The position numbers and the translations under genes were made by a program. From an uncultured Gammaproteobacteria bacterium (GTDB lineage Bacteria > Pseudomonadota > Gammaproteobacteria > Pseudomonadales > JAHEGP01): 64,000 bases of DNA. The stretch lies in the NCBI GenBank assembly GCA_963722805.1, contig CAVROQ010000012.1, forward strand, positions 280,047-344,046, written 5' to 3'. Of the stretch, positions 29,551-39,410 are shown one piece after another. A model generated the notes under the pieces. It was given only the letters and a program-made list of their open reading frames with translations, had not been told where the DNA came from and made no database searches. The stretch's first letter is position 1. The number at the start of each line of letters is the position of its first letter.

Positions 29551-30185
29551 AAGGACCTCACTGCAGCACTCTGGCCGGATTCAGCCTTGCCCGCTGAGCC
29601 AGTCTCTGGCCACTCCACGTCGAACTGAATTTCGTTACGGCGTTTGAAGGGCAGGGTCCACGGCGGGTTATATTGATTCAGTAATGCAGGCCCACGAATC
29701 GCCACCTTGTTTTCCTGCAATACGGTTTGCAGCTTAGCCGTCATCTTCTCGACCTTGGACGACGTCGCCCATCCAGAGAAGCTAATCACCGCGGTGGTTC
29801 TGGACGCGACGGGCTCGATACTTATGCCATCGTCGTTCGGGCGAGGCAGGGTATCGAGCTGCATCTGTGACGGCATGGTGAAGGCCATCGTGGGTTGGTC
29901 GACAAACAAGGTTTCCTGCACCGGAGCGGTCATTGCAATCTCCTGTCCGGTCTCATTGCCCCCGAATATAAATCCTGCCAGCCGACGAAACCCCTGGCTG
30001 GTTTGTTTACTGTCAGCCAACTTAACTATCGCCTGGATCATAGGATCGTAGCGGCGAATCTCTACGTCGTCACCAAGACTGGCGACGACGCGGTAGTTGG
30101 GCTCTTCAATGGCTACAGCAGGTGACACGGCAACTCCGACAACGAGTGAAGTAAAAAGGACAAATTTTGCCATTGGACTGAACAT
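29547..30185 (-). CDS. SOUL/HEBP-type haem-binding protein with signal peptide
   Basis: EEPNYRVV...IAMTAPV...PPWTLPFKRRNEI pattern of the SOUL family. The gene overlaps the downstream peroxidase gene by 4 nt. Confidence 0.7.
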   Translation of the reverse strand: MFSPMAKFVLFTSLVVGVAVSPAVAIEEPNYRVVASLGDDVEIRRYDPMIQAIVKLADSKQTSQGFRRLAGFIFGGNETGQEIAMTAPVQETLFVDQPTMAFTMPSQMQLDTLPRPNDDGISIEPVASRTTAVISFSGWATSSKVEKMTAKLQTVLQENKVAIRGPALLNQYNPPWTLPFKRRNEIQFDVEWPETGSAGKAESGQSAAVRSL

Positions 30186-30344
30186 ACGCTTTCTCTCTCA
30201 GTTATCCAAGCTGTTTACGCTGTCAGACACACGCCGGATCAGCAGCCTGGGTATTGCTCTGGGCGACAGTATCAGTTGCGAGCCCGCGAGTATGCGATGT
30301 ATCCTGTGCCATCTAACGATAATAAGTTCATCAGGAGTTTACCC

Positions 30345-31970
30345 ATGCGCAAGATGCCTCTCACAGATGCTTTCTTTTTGCTCAATGAATCGAGCAGAAC
30401 ACCTATGCACGTGGGCGGGGTCAACTTGTTCACGCTCCCCGAGGGTGTTGACGATGTCGATTTCCTGCAAACCCTCAGTGAAGCACTGGTTTGTGAAGGA
30501 GAGTTGCGCCGGCCTTTTGGCGAGAAGCTGAAAATGGGCCCGCTGGGCGCACTCGGGACCATCCAGTGGGTTAAAGATGAAGCGCTGGATATGGACTACC
30601 ATATTCGTCGATCTGCGCTTCCCAAGCCTGGCCGCTACCGGGAATTGTTCGCTTTGGTTTCTCGCTTGCACGGCACGCTGATGGATCGAACCCGGCCCCT
30701 GTGGGAATTGCATCTGATCGAAGGTTTGCAGAATCGCCAGTTCGCGACCTATATGAAAGCTCATCACTGTGCCATCGACGGGGTCGGTTCAATGCAGCTG
30801 ACCACCAGCATGATGTCCCCCGATCCCAAATCCAAAATCAAGTACTCTCCCTTTTCGATGGAGGCCTATGAGGCCTTCAAGAAAGAGCTTGATGATAAAA
30901 AGGAAAGCAAGGTCGAGCCCAAGGAACACGAGATCAAAGCGGTGCTCGATGTGATCAAAAGCCAGTTGGGCGGCACCGTCAACGTCGCCAATGCATTGCG
31001 CCAAAACGCCAGTGTCTGGTTGGGCCGGGGCGGCAATCTTTCGGTGCCCTGGCACAACATCCCCAAAACACCCTACAACACTCACATTACCGGCGCGCGG
31101 CGCTTTGTGGCGCAATCCTGGCCCTTTGAGCGGGTGCGGGCGGTGGGCAAGGCCTTTAATGGTGGCACTTTGAATGACGCCGTACTGGCGATGTGTGCCG
31201 GGTCGCTGCGCCGTCACTTGTTGGAGCTCGGTCAATTACCCAAGCAATCGCTGAAGGCGATGGCCCCGATATCCTTGCGCGACAGCGATGATACCGAGTC
31301 AGCCAACGCGATTGCCTTCCTGACCGCCGACCTGGGCACCAACCAGCGCGACCCATCCAAACGCATGCGTGTCATCCAGGAGTCGATGCAGGCTGCGAAG
31401 GACCAGTTCAAAGGGATGAATCGACGCGAGATCGAGGTCTACTCTGCGGTCACCCAGGCTCCTGCCTTGATTGCCAGCATGACCGGGTTGGCCAGTCGTT
31501 TTCCGGCTTTCAGCACCGTGATTTCAAATGTCCCGGGACCCCGGGAGACTATGTATTGGAATGGTGCGCGGCTGGATGGCATCTACCCGGTATCAGTGCC
31601 CTTTGATGGCTTCGCCGTCAACATCACTTTGGTCAGTAATGGCGACAACCTCGATTTTGGCATTGTCGCTTGCCGCCATTCGGTACCCCAGGTGCAGCGG
31701 CTGATCGATTATATGGAGGACTCCCTGATTGAACTGGAAGAGGCCGCGGGGATTGTCCGAAAATCCAAGCGCGCCCCCCTGCGCGGTGTAAAAATTCCGC
31801 AAGCTTCCACAGACGAAGGTGGGACCAAAGCTAAAACCAAAACAAAATCGAGGGCCAAGGCAAAAGCGACCGCTAAACCTGCGTCAAAGGCCAAAGCTAA
31901 AACGAAAGCCAAAGCCAAAGCCAAGACTGTCCCGAAGACTTCAACCACCGGGGCAGATTCATCTGACTGA
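30345..31970 (+). CDS. Wax ester synthase / diacylglycerol acyltransferase (WS/DGAT) with Lys/Ala-rich C-terminal tail
   Basis: Active-site HHCAIDGVGS, N-terminal PLTDAFFLLNES..PMHVGGV and NVPGP. ATG 30345 follows CAGGAG. The last 60 aa or so are KAKTKTKSRAKAKATAKPASKAKAKTKAKAKAKTVPK. Confidence 0.85.
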   Translation: MRKMPLTDAFFLLNESSRTPMHVGGVNLFTLPEGVDDVDFLQTLSEALVCEGELRRPFGEKLKMGPLGALGTIQWVKDEALDMDYHIRRSALPKPGRYRELFALVSRLHGTLMDRTRPLWELHLIEGLQNRQFATYMKAHHCAIDGVGSMQLTTSMMSPDPKSKIKYSPFSMEAYEAFKKELDDKKESKVEPKEHEIKAVLDVIKSQLGGTVNVANALRQNASVWLGRGGNLSVPWHNIPKTPYNTHITGARRFVAQSWPFERVRAVGKAFNGGTLNDAVLAMCAGSLRRHLLELGQLPKQSLKAMAPISLRDSDDTESANAIAFLTADLGTNQRDPSKRMRVIQESMQAAKDQFKGMNRREIEVYSAVTQAPALIASMTGLASRFPAFSTVISNVPGPRETMYWNGARLDGIYPVSVPFDGFAVNITLVSNGDNLDFGIVACRHSVPQVQRLIDYMEDSLIELEEAAGIVRKSKRAPLRGVKIPQASTDEGGTKAKTKTKSRAKAKATAKPASKAKAKTKAKAKAKTVPKTSTTGADSSD

Positions 31971-32130
31971 CACAATAAAACTCGTGCCAATGACTGGCAA
32001 CCGGGGCCGGCGCTGCTTGACCACGGCGGCGGCAAATGTAGAATGATGTTTTGTTAACACTTGTGATACGTTTCCCATTGTCCAAAAACACGACAACTCG
32101 ACTGGAAGCTGATAACTGGAGTAATTTTCA

Positions 32131-32529
32131 ATGCAGACACAAGCAAGCCTCGCCCCGGGTTTATTCTTCAGACTCGGCATCGCCGCTGCCCTGAGCACGG
32201 CCTTGATCACGCCAAGCCAGGCTAATCCGGTTGCTTACTCAGAAGAGTCCATTGCCAGCGGGGCACAGCTATACACCCAATACTGCACGGAATGCCACGG
32301 CAAGGATGGGCGAGCCCAAATGGATGTTATCTCCGATGCAAGCAACTTGACCGAGCCCGTAGAGTATTATAACGGCAGCACTCAGGCCGATATTTTCAAT
32401 AGCATTAAAAACGGTGCCGGGGTTGGAATGCCGCCCTGGGGTGCGCAGATCAATGATGATGGCATCTGGAACCTGGTGAACTTTATTCGCAGCCTGTGGA
32501 CTGAAGAACAGCGCAGTGCTTTTGACTGA
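32131..32529 (+). CDS. Monohaem class I cytochrome c with signal peptide
   Basis: A single CTECHG motif, the distal Met region GVGMPPWG and a signal peptide ending ...PSQA. Confidence 0.8.
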   Translation: MQTQASLAPGLFFRLGIAAALSTALITPSQANPVAYSEESIASGAQLYTQYCTECHGKDGRAQMDVISDASNLTEPVEYYNGSTQADIFNSIKNGAGVGMPPWGAQINDDGIWNLVNFIRSLWTEEQRSAFD

Positions 32530-32573
32530 TTCGTTAGGCCTCGTTAAATCATTGAAAGTCGCAGGAGAGTAAA

Positions 32574-34577
32574 ATGAGTACCCCCCCAGAGCCAAGGCCT
32601 GAAAAAGAAAGCCATAAAAAGGATCAGCCAACGGACGGCAGTTCAAGGCGAGATTTTTTGCGTAAATCGGCAATGGGTCTTGGCGGGGCGGTAGCCGCCG
32701 GAGCGGCTGGCCAGGCGTTTAGCGCTGAATCCACTGCCATCTCCGATGTCAAATTGCCATCCATCGACATTGCAGAAGCTTTCACCCAATCCCTGGCAGA
32801 AGCGCCTGCTCCCGGCGAGTTTGAAGGTCGGGGTATGAGTGGGGCACAAGTGTTTGCAAAATTGTGCACCGAGGAAGAATTGGCCGCGCTGTTTTGCTGC
32901 CCGGGTAACTATACCGTAATCAATGCGCTTGCCGCTGCCGGGATACCGTCCTACGGGGGTCGCAACGAAGGCGCCATGTGCTCGATGGCCGACGGTTTTT
33001 CGCGCGCGACAGGTCAGGTGGCAGCCACTTCCGGTACCGAGGGGCCGGGCTTTACCAATATGATAATGAACATCGCCGCAGCCAATGCCGCGCGTACACC
33101 GCTGCTGGTACTGGCCAGTAACATGACCCTCGCCGGTGAAGACCGTGAAGCCTTTATCCAGCATGCCTATCAACAGCCCACTACCGAGGGCATCAAGAAA
33201 TATGGCAAGCGGCTGATTGATCCTTCCCGGGTGTGGGAGTATGGCGGCTATGCTTTTCGGGAACTTAAGTCGGGTGTGCCTGGGCCGGTGCACCTGGACT
33301 TTCCCGCCGAGGTCGCCCGCGCCACGTTTAAGGATCCGGCAGAACTCAAAGACTATTACGACAAGAGCAAGTACCGCTCCGAGTCCCGCAGTTATCCGGC
33401 GCCGGCGGAGGTTGCCAAAGCCGTGGCTATGATTGAAAAGGCCCAGCGGCCGTTGATCGTTGCCGGGCAGGGCGTATTCCAGCGTCAGGGCTGGGATGCC
33501 CTGATGCGGGCGGCTGAGCGCAACCAAATAGGCGTTGCGACCTCAGGCCCGACTCGCGGCTGCTTTCCCGATGATCATCCACTCTGCCTCAACGCTGCTC
33601 CCGACGCCTTGCTGAGCGCCGACCTGGTAGTGTTTGTCGGCCAATACTGCATGCCGAGTCCCGGCGAATATCGCTTTAATCCCGAGATCAAGGCCATTCG
33701 GGTGCACCCGGTACAGGTCGACCTGGGTCGCAACTGGCCACTGGATTTGGGTATTGTCAGTGACGAAACCGCGTTCCTTGAAGCATTGGCTGAAGGCGTA
33801 AAGAGCCGCAAGCGCGACGCCTGGGCGGGCGAAATAGGCACCGCCCAAAAAACCTACGAAGCCCAGATTGAAGATGTCTACCAACTCGGACTCAAATACA
33901 GTAAAGACACCAACACCCTGCATCCCGCGGTTATCGGCAGGGAAACCCAGCGTTTCATCGATTCTGGTACCGACGATCGCCTGGCCACGGTAGCTGGCGG
34001 TGGTGGCTGGACCATCGGACTGTATGCCGGTCGCTACCTGCGAGCGCGGCGCCCGGGGCAGATGATTGTGCCTGCCTATCAATACGGTGCCATCGGTCCG
34101 GATATGTCAATGATGATGGGCGCGTGCGCCGCCGTGCAACAGGGTGTCGGCCCGCAGCAGGGCTACGAAGGTGCACCTACCATCTGCGTTACCAGCGATG
34201 CGGGCGTAGCGTACAGTCTGATGGAGCTGGATACGGCAAGCAAATACAAGCTGCCGACCATCACCATTGTCTACAACAACAATGCCTGGGGTGTATGGCC
34301 CAACGCTGCACGTTCAGCCCGCTCCATGCATATGTACCTGTTTCAGGAAAACCTGCGCTACGACCTGCTGGCCCAGGGCCTCGGTGCCGCCGGAGACTAT
34401 GTCACCAATGTAGAAGATTTTCGCGCCGCACTCGCCCGGGCATACAAGCGGGCCCGCGACGAGAAAGTGTCTACGCTGATCAATTGCCAGGCCATCAAGG
34501 AGTTCACCTCGCCGCGGGATTACCCGCCGGGGATTTCGCTTAATGCAGAGCCTGGAGTGGGTGCGGTCGCACATTGA
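32574..34577 (+). CDS. Tat-exported thiamine-diphosphate-dependent enzyme (acetolactate synthase / pyruvate oxidase superfamily)
   Basis: Twin-arginine signal SRRDFLRKSAMGLGGAVAAGAAGQAFSA. Pyr domain (GGRNEGAMCSMADGFSRATG...GPGFTN). PP-domain ThDP motif TSDAGVAYSLMELDTASKYKLPTITIVYNNNAWGV. Confidence 0.8.
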   Translation: MSTPPEPRPEKESHKKDQPTDGSSRRDFLRKSAMGLGGAVAAGAAGQAFSAESTAISDVKLPSIDIAEAFTQSLAEAPAPGEFEGRGMSGAQVFAKLCTEEELAALFCCPGNYTVINALAAAGIPSYGGRNEGAMCSMADGFSRATGQVAATSGTEGPGFTNMIMNIAAANAARTPLLVLASNMTLAGEDREAFIQHAYQQPTTEGIKKYGKRLIDPSRVWEYGGYAFRELKSGVPGPVHLDFPAEVARATFKDPAELKDYYDKSKYRSESRSYPAPAEVAKAVAMIEKAQRPLIVAGQGVFQRQGWDALMRAAERNQIGVATSGPTRGCFPDDHPLCLNAAPDALLSADLVVFVGQYCMPSPGEYRFNPEIKAIRVHPVQVDLGRNWPLDLGIVSDETAFLEALAEGVKSRKRDAWAGEIGTAQKTYEAQIEDVYQLGLKYSKDTNTLHPAVIGRETQRFIDSGTDDRLATVAGGGGWTIGLYAGRYLRARRPGQMIVPAYQYGAIGPDMSMMMGACAAVQQGVGPQQGYEGAPTICVTSDAGVAYSLMELDTASKYKLPTITIVYNNNAWGVWPNAARSARSMHMYLFQENLRYDLLAQGLGAAGDYVTNVEDFRAALARAYKRARDEKVSTLINCQAIKEFTSPRDYPPGISLNAEPGVGAVAH

Positions 34578-35074
34578 CAAGCACGACTTCCGCCTCTGCT
34601 AACGCCCATGTGGGTGACATTCTGGAAGAATACGCCCAGCGGGGCGTATTTAGCGCCTTTAGTCGCCAACAAGCGGCGCGGAAGCAGGGCAGGTTCCTGG
34701 TGCATTGGCATCGCAAGCAGCGATTTGACTGGGTCTACGACGCTGCCCGGCAACGCCTGCGCATTGTTTGTGTACTGCCTGCGGTGACGCCCAATTCCCC
34801 CATGCACCGCGAATTTAAAGCCTGGTTAAAGACCAGGCAAGACGATTCCCTGCCTGACCATCGCCGCTGCGATAAACAAAAAATGAATCTGAGGAGCGTG
34901 AACCGGGGCGGCAATATCTCCCTGACGGCAACGCTGCTTGATGGCGATATTGATTATGGCGTGAGGAAGATGGTTGCACTGGTCAACGAGATTTACCTGG
35001 ACTTTCTGTCCAGTGGCTTGTATTTCGAGTGGATGCTGGAAACCTTCGATCTCGACCCCGACAACCCTTACTGA
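34574..35074 (+). CDS. Hypothetical basic protein
   Basis: The ORF overlaps the upstream stop (TTGA). The start codon is uncertain (TTG 34574 or an internal GTG). I recognise no family. Confidence 0.4.
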   Translation: MTSTTSASANAHVGDILEEYAQRGVFSAFSRQQAARKQGRFLVHWHRKQRFDWVYDAARQRLRIVCVLPAVTPNSPMHREFKAWLKTRQDDSLPDHRRCDKQKMNLRSVNRGGNISLTATLLDGDIDYGVRKMVALVNEIYLDFLSSGLYFEWMLETFDLDPDNPY

Positions 35075-35088
35075 GGGTTGTCGGGGTC
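35054..35088. terminator. Perfect 15-bp stem hairpin between convergent genes
   Basis: gaccccgacaaccct / tactg / agggttgtcggggtc. The loop contains the stop codon of the upstream ORF. No clear T-tract follows on either strand. Confidence 0.4.
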
Positions 35089-35095
35089 ACCGGGC

Positions 35096-35788
35096 TCAAG
35101 CCACCCGGTGATGAAAGAATTCTCCCCGCAGCCGATCGTCGGTTTTGAACTGCCCCCCCAATGCCGACGTCGAGGTCTGCGAGCTCGCATCCATCACCCC
35201 CCGTGCCTTGACACAATAATGGGTGGCGTCGATCGCAACGGCAACATCATCGGTGTCCAACAGGGTCTGCAGGGCCACCAATATCTGTCGGGTAAGGCGC
35301 TCCTGCACCTGCGGTCGCTGGGCGAAGAACCTTACAATGCGGTTGATTTTTGACAAGCCAATCAACTTTTTACCCGGAAGATAAGCAACCCTGGCCATAC
35401 CATCTATGGTGACAAAATGGTGCTCGCAGGTACTGACAACACTGATGTCAGACACCTTGACCACCTCATCCACGCCCATTTTGTTGTCGATAATCGAGTT
35501 CTTGGGAAAGCGGGTGTAATCGAGCCCGGAAAAAATTTCATCGACGTACATTTTGGCAATTCGGTGCGGTGTCTCTACCAGGCTATCATCGCTCAGGTCC
35601 AGGCCGAGCACCTCTACCACCTCAGTCATGGCCGCCTTGATACGGCCATACTTTTCATCGCGGCTGAGGGAGACATCAGAAAACGGCGTTTCCAGATTGT
35701 GTGCTATCAGTGCCTGCTGCACAACTTCAGCATCCCGGGGAATCGCATTGCGGACAATTTTATTTTCAAGCGCCGGCGAGGTTTGCAT
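35096..35788 (-). CDS. folE: GTP cyclohydrolase I
   Basis: [22 protein letters not shown] and a length of about 230 aa. Confidence 0.9.
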   Translation of the reverse strand: MQTSPALENKIVRNAIPRDAEVVQQALIAHNLETPFSDVSLSRDEKYGRIKAAMTEVVEVLGLDLSDDSLVETPHRIAKMYVDEIFSGLDYTRFPKNSIIDNKMGVDEVVKVSDISVVSTCEHHFVTIDGMARVAYLPGKKLIGLSKINRIVRFFAQRPQVQERLTRQILVALQTLLDTDDVAVAIDATHYCVKARGVMDASSQTSTSALGGQFKTDDRLRGEFFHHRVA

Positions 35789-36027
35789 AGGTGTACTTCC
35801 TGGTAAATTTTTGACAAAACTTTTACGCTGACACAGAGATATTGGATTGCTGTGGATTCAACCAGCTAAACCCCATGCCGTGGGAGGCCAGTCGGTGATC
35901 CGGGCCTATGGCAAGCACGTAAGCCCCGTGGCAGCACCAGGCATTGATCGCGAGATCGCCGTGACAACCGCAGTCAGGCGCAACAAGGTCGCTGTGAGAC
36001 CTTCCGCCTAGAACAGGATACAGCCCC

Positions 36028-37464
36028 ATGCCAGACAGCGCCGTTTCAAAAACTCATCTCGTTTGGTTTCGCCAGGACCTGCGGCTCATTGACAACACCG
36101 CACTGGCGCGGGCCTGCGAAGACCCCAATGCCCGGGTGCTGGCATTGTTTGTCGCGACCCCACAGCAGTGGCAACTCCATGACATGGCCCCCATTCGCCA
36201 GCGTTTTATCTTACGCAACGTTGATCACCTCGCGCGCTCACTGCAAGCCATCAATATTCCGCTGCTATACCTCGAGATAGAGGACTACATCGGCGTACCT
36301 GAACTTATTCAGCGCCTGGTTGAGCAGCACGGGATTGATGCCATCTACGCGAATCGTGAATATGGATGGAACGAAAAACAGCGAGACAAAGCCCTATCGG
36401 AGCGATTGGCACCGTTAAACTGCGAATTTCATCAATTCCACGACCAGTCCATGTTGCCCCCTGGGCTCGCAACCCAGACCGGCAAGCCCTACACCGTATA
36501 CACACCCTTCAAAAAGCGTTGGTTGGAAACATGGCGTGCGAGCCGGCCGCACACTCTACCTGCCCCAACAATACGTAAGCAAACTGCCAACGCTACCGGG
36601 GATGCTATTCCTGTGCCGGCGGAGGAGCCGGTGGACAAGCACTGGCCTGCGGGGGAGGGCGCTGCATGGCGACGTCTGGAGAGTTTCTGCGACGAGCGTA
36701 TTGAAGATTACAAGCGCGATCGCGATATGCCCCGCTTAAACGGAACCAGTGCGATTTCTCCGTGGTTGGCAGCCGGCGTCCTTTCAGCACGCAGCTGCCT
36801 TGAGGTGGCAAGCAATGCTAACCGTGGTCGACTCAGTGGCGGCCAGGAAGGTATCGACTGCTGGATCAGTGAACTGATTTGGCGTGATTTTTACATTCAT
36901 ATTCTCGACAGCTTTCCTGTTGTCAGCAAAAATCGGGCATTCAAACGCGAGACTGAAACGATCGCCTGGCGCGATAGCAAAGATGACTTTGCGGCCTGGT
37001 GCAGCGGACGCACCGGCATCCCGATCGTCGATGCGGCCATGCGTCAGCTGCTGCAAACAGGCTGGATGCACAATCGACTCAGAATGGTTGTCGCTATGTT
37101 CTTATCTAAACAACTGTTGCTTGACTGGCGCCTGGGTGAGCGCTTTTTTATGCAGCATCTGATTGATGGACACCTCGCATCCAACAACGGTGGATGGCAG
37201 TGGGCAGCATCCACCGGCACCGACGCTGTACCGTATTTTCGGATATTCAATCCGGTGACCCAGAGCCAACGATTCGATGCCAATGGCGTTTTCATTCGAC
37301 AATATGTCCCAGAGTTGGCCGCTGTTGAAGGCAAGGATATTCACCTGCCGCTGCCCATGATTCGCCAGGCCCAGGCGCCGGATTATCCTGCCCCTATCGT
37401 CGACCTCAAATATGGCCGACAACGCGCGTTGGACGCGTTTGCCGCCGCAAAAAAAAGCGGGTGA
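36028..37464 (+). CDS. phrB: Deoxyribodipyrimidine photolyase
   Basis: LVWFRQDLRLIDNTAL at the N-terminus. FAD-binding C-terminal domain with TGIPIVDAAMRQL..TGWMHNRLRM and NNGGWQWAASTGTDA. Confidence 0.9.
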   Translation: MPDSAVSKTHLVWFRQDLRLIDNTALARACEDPNARVLALFVATPQQWQLHDMAPIRQRFILRNVDHLARSLQAINIPLLYLEIEDYIGVPELIQRLVEQHGIDAIYANREYGWNEKQRDKALSERLAPLNCEFHQFHDQSMLPPGLATQTGKPYTVYTPFKKRWLETWRASRPHTLPAPTIRKQTANATGDAIPVPAEEPVDKHWPAGEGAAWRRLESFCDERIEDYKRDRDMPRLNGTSAISPWLAAGVLSARSCLEVASNANRGRLSGGQEGIDCWISELIWRDFYIHILDSFPVVSKNRAFKRETETIAWRDSKDDFAAWCSGRTGIPIVDAAMRQLLQTGWMHNRLRMVVAMFLSKQLLLDWRLGERFFMQHLIDGHLASNNGGWQWAASTGTDAVPYFRIFNPVTQSQRFDANGVFIRQYVPELAAVEGKDIHLPLPMIRQAQAPDYPAPIVDLKYGRQRALDAFAAAKKSG

Positions 37465-37710
37465 CGGTTCAGCTCAGTGCGCAGGCTCCTGTTATTCCGC
37501 CTATTTGATATACGCCGCACTAGCTCGCAATCGACAGGTCGTGACAATTTCGCGAACGACCAATGTCGCTGGCGGTATTGCTGCAAAGGCGCTGCTTTCC
37601 ATTTTTTCTCCCGGGCATTGCCCGATTGAAGTACAATGCGCGCCTTCGCCGACGCAGCCTTACACCCCAAAAAAAAGCTTGAACGCGGCACCTCACAGCC
37701 GGGAGAAACT

Positions 37711-39315
37711 ATGTTTTTTAGCAACAGCCATACAGCCACCATGTTGAATAATGGGCAATTCGTTACGCCGCGCAGCAGTACCCTGGCCGTGCTATTGTCC
37801 CTGCTTATTTTCAGTGGCTGCGCCAGCCTGCCGCAGGATGTTGTCCGCGTGCCGACGCATGCTTTGGCCACTGTGTCTTCAAGTCCGCTGGCCCAGCGCG
37901 TCGAGCCAATGGTTGCGCGGCACCCCGGGCTGTCGGGTTTTCTCGCCCAGGCGGAGGGAATCCAGGCCTTCGCCGCCAGAATATATCTGGTGCAGGAAGC
38001 ACAGCAGACCCTCGACGTTCAATACTACATTTGGCATAACGATCTTACGGGCAACGCTTTGCACGCCGCCCTGTTGCAGGCAGCTGACCGCGGTGTGCGG
38101 GTAAGAATTCTCCTCGACGACCTCGATACCCAGGGCAAGGACAAAATGCTGCACACCATCGACGCGCACCCCAATGTTGAGGTGCGGCTATACAATCCGT
38201 TTGCCAACCGCGAAAGACGAGGGCTGGATTTCGTTGGTGACACCTCCCGGGTTAATCACCGAATGCATAACAAAACCCTTACCGCAGACAATTCCGCGAG
38301 CATTTTCGGCGGTCGAAATATTGGTGACGAATATTTCGATGCTGCAGAGGAAGTCGGATTCAGTGATCTCGATGCCCTGGCCATCGGTCCGGTTGTCGGC
38401 GAAATATCCAGCATGTTTGATCTCTACTGGAATAGTCAATGGGTTTATCCACTGGCCGCGTTTACCCCTGAAGAGCCAGTGACCGAGGCTGACATCGCCG
38501 GGCTAAGGCAGCAGTTAGCCGAGGCTATGGAACAAATCAAAGAGGCGGATTATGGCAAGGCGATCGTCAAGATGAGTGCCGAACGGGAAAGACCCCTCGA
38601 CTATTATGATTTTGAGTGGGGCCAGTGGGTACTGGTGTATGACCAGCCCGGCAAAGTCGATGCCCAGCAGGTTACGCGCAAGACCCATGTGGCGCCAAAG
38701 CTGCTGGAGGCCATGGACCAGGCACAGACTGAACTGCTCATTGTTTCACCCTATTTCGTACCTGGAAAAAAATTCACCCAGAAATTGGTCGACTGGGTGG
38801 ATGAAGGCGTCAGGGTACGTATTATGACCAACTCGCTTGCTGCTAACGACGTGTCACTGGTGCATGCCGGATATATGCGCTATCGAGAAGACCTGATCGC
38901 CGGTGGTGTAGAACTGTACGAATTCAAATCCGACAAAAGCTCCTACCAGGATACAGCATCAGGTCAATGGGCAGGCTCCCATAGTGCCAGCCTGCATGGA
39001 AAATTCTTTGCCTTTGATAAGCAGTTTGTCTTTATTGGTTCATTCAATCTTGATGGCCGATCAGCGTCACTGAACACCGAGTGTGGTGTCTATTTCGAAA
39101 GTCCGTTTTACGCGGCTGAAATTGCGGATTCCTTTGACAAATACGCACGGACCAAAGGCTACCAGGTGATGCTGGACGAAGCCGGGGATATGCAGTGGGT
39201 CACGCTGGATAATAATGGCGTCGAGATCAGTGTTGATACAGAACCGGATACCAGTTTCTGGACGCGGTTTAGCACCGGATTTCTATCCATCGTGGTGCCT
39301 GAAGGCCAACTATAA
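37711..39315 (+). CDS. Phospholipase D family lipoprotein (two HKD motifs)
   Basis: HRMHNKTLTADN and SLHGKFFAFDK HKD motifs. Lipobox LLIFSGC. ATG 37711 follows GGGAG. Confidence 0.85.
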   Translation: MFFSNSHTATMLNNGQFVTPRSSTLAVLLSLLIFSGCASLPQDVVRVPTHALATVSSSPLAQRVEPMVARHPGLSGFLAQAEGIQAFAARIYLVQEAQQTLDVQYYIWHNDLTGNALHAALLQAADRGVRVRILLDDLDTQGKDKMLHTIDAHPNVEVRLYNPFANRERRGLDFVGDTSRVNHRMHNKTLTADNSASIFGGRNIGDEYFDAAEEVGFSDLDALAIGPVVGEISSMFDLYWNSQWVYPLAAFTPEEPVTEADIAGLRQQLAEAMEQIKEADYGKAIVKMSAERERPLDYYDFEWGQWVLVYDQPGKVDAQQVTRKTHVAPKLLEAMDQAQTELLIVSPYFVPGKKFTQKLVDWVDEGVRVRIMTNSLAANDVSLVHAGYMRYREDLIAGGVELYEFKSDKSSYQDTASGQWAGSHSASLHGKFFAFDKQFVFIGSFNLDGRSASLNTECGVYFESPFYAAEIADSFDKYARTKGYQVMLDEAGDMQWVTLDNNGVEISVDTEPDTSFWTRFSTGFLSIVVPEGQL

Positions 39316-39410
39316 AGCCGCGGCCGGATTGTTTCAGCGAAATGACAAGGCTAACATTATCAAGGGCTGGTTCTTACCTATAGATTGCAGGAAACAATGG
39401 AGAGTTACCA

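Noticed and set aside
32643-33527. 294-aa minus-strand ORF inside the ThDP enzyme gene
   Set aside because: It is an antisense shadow. The plus-strand frame carries the Tat signal and the ThDP motifs.
37711-39315. PLD/HKD protein as a possible nuclease-type defence gene
   Set aside because: Two full HKD motifs plus a lipoprotein signal fit a cardiolipin-synthase or phospholipase-type envelope enzyme. No partner genes suggest defence.
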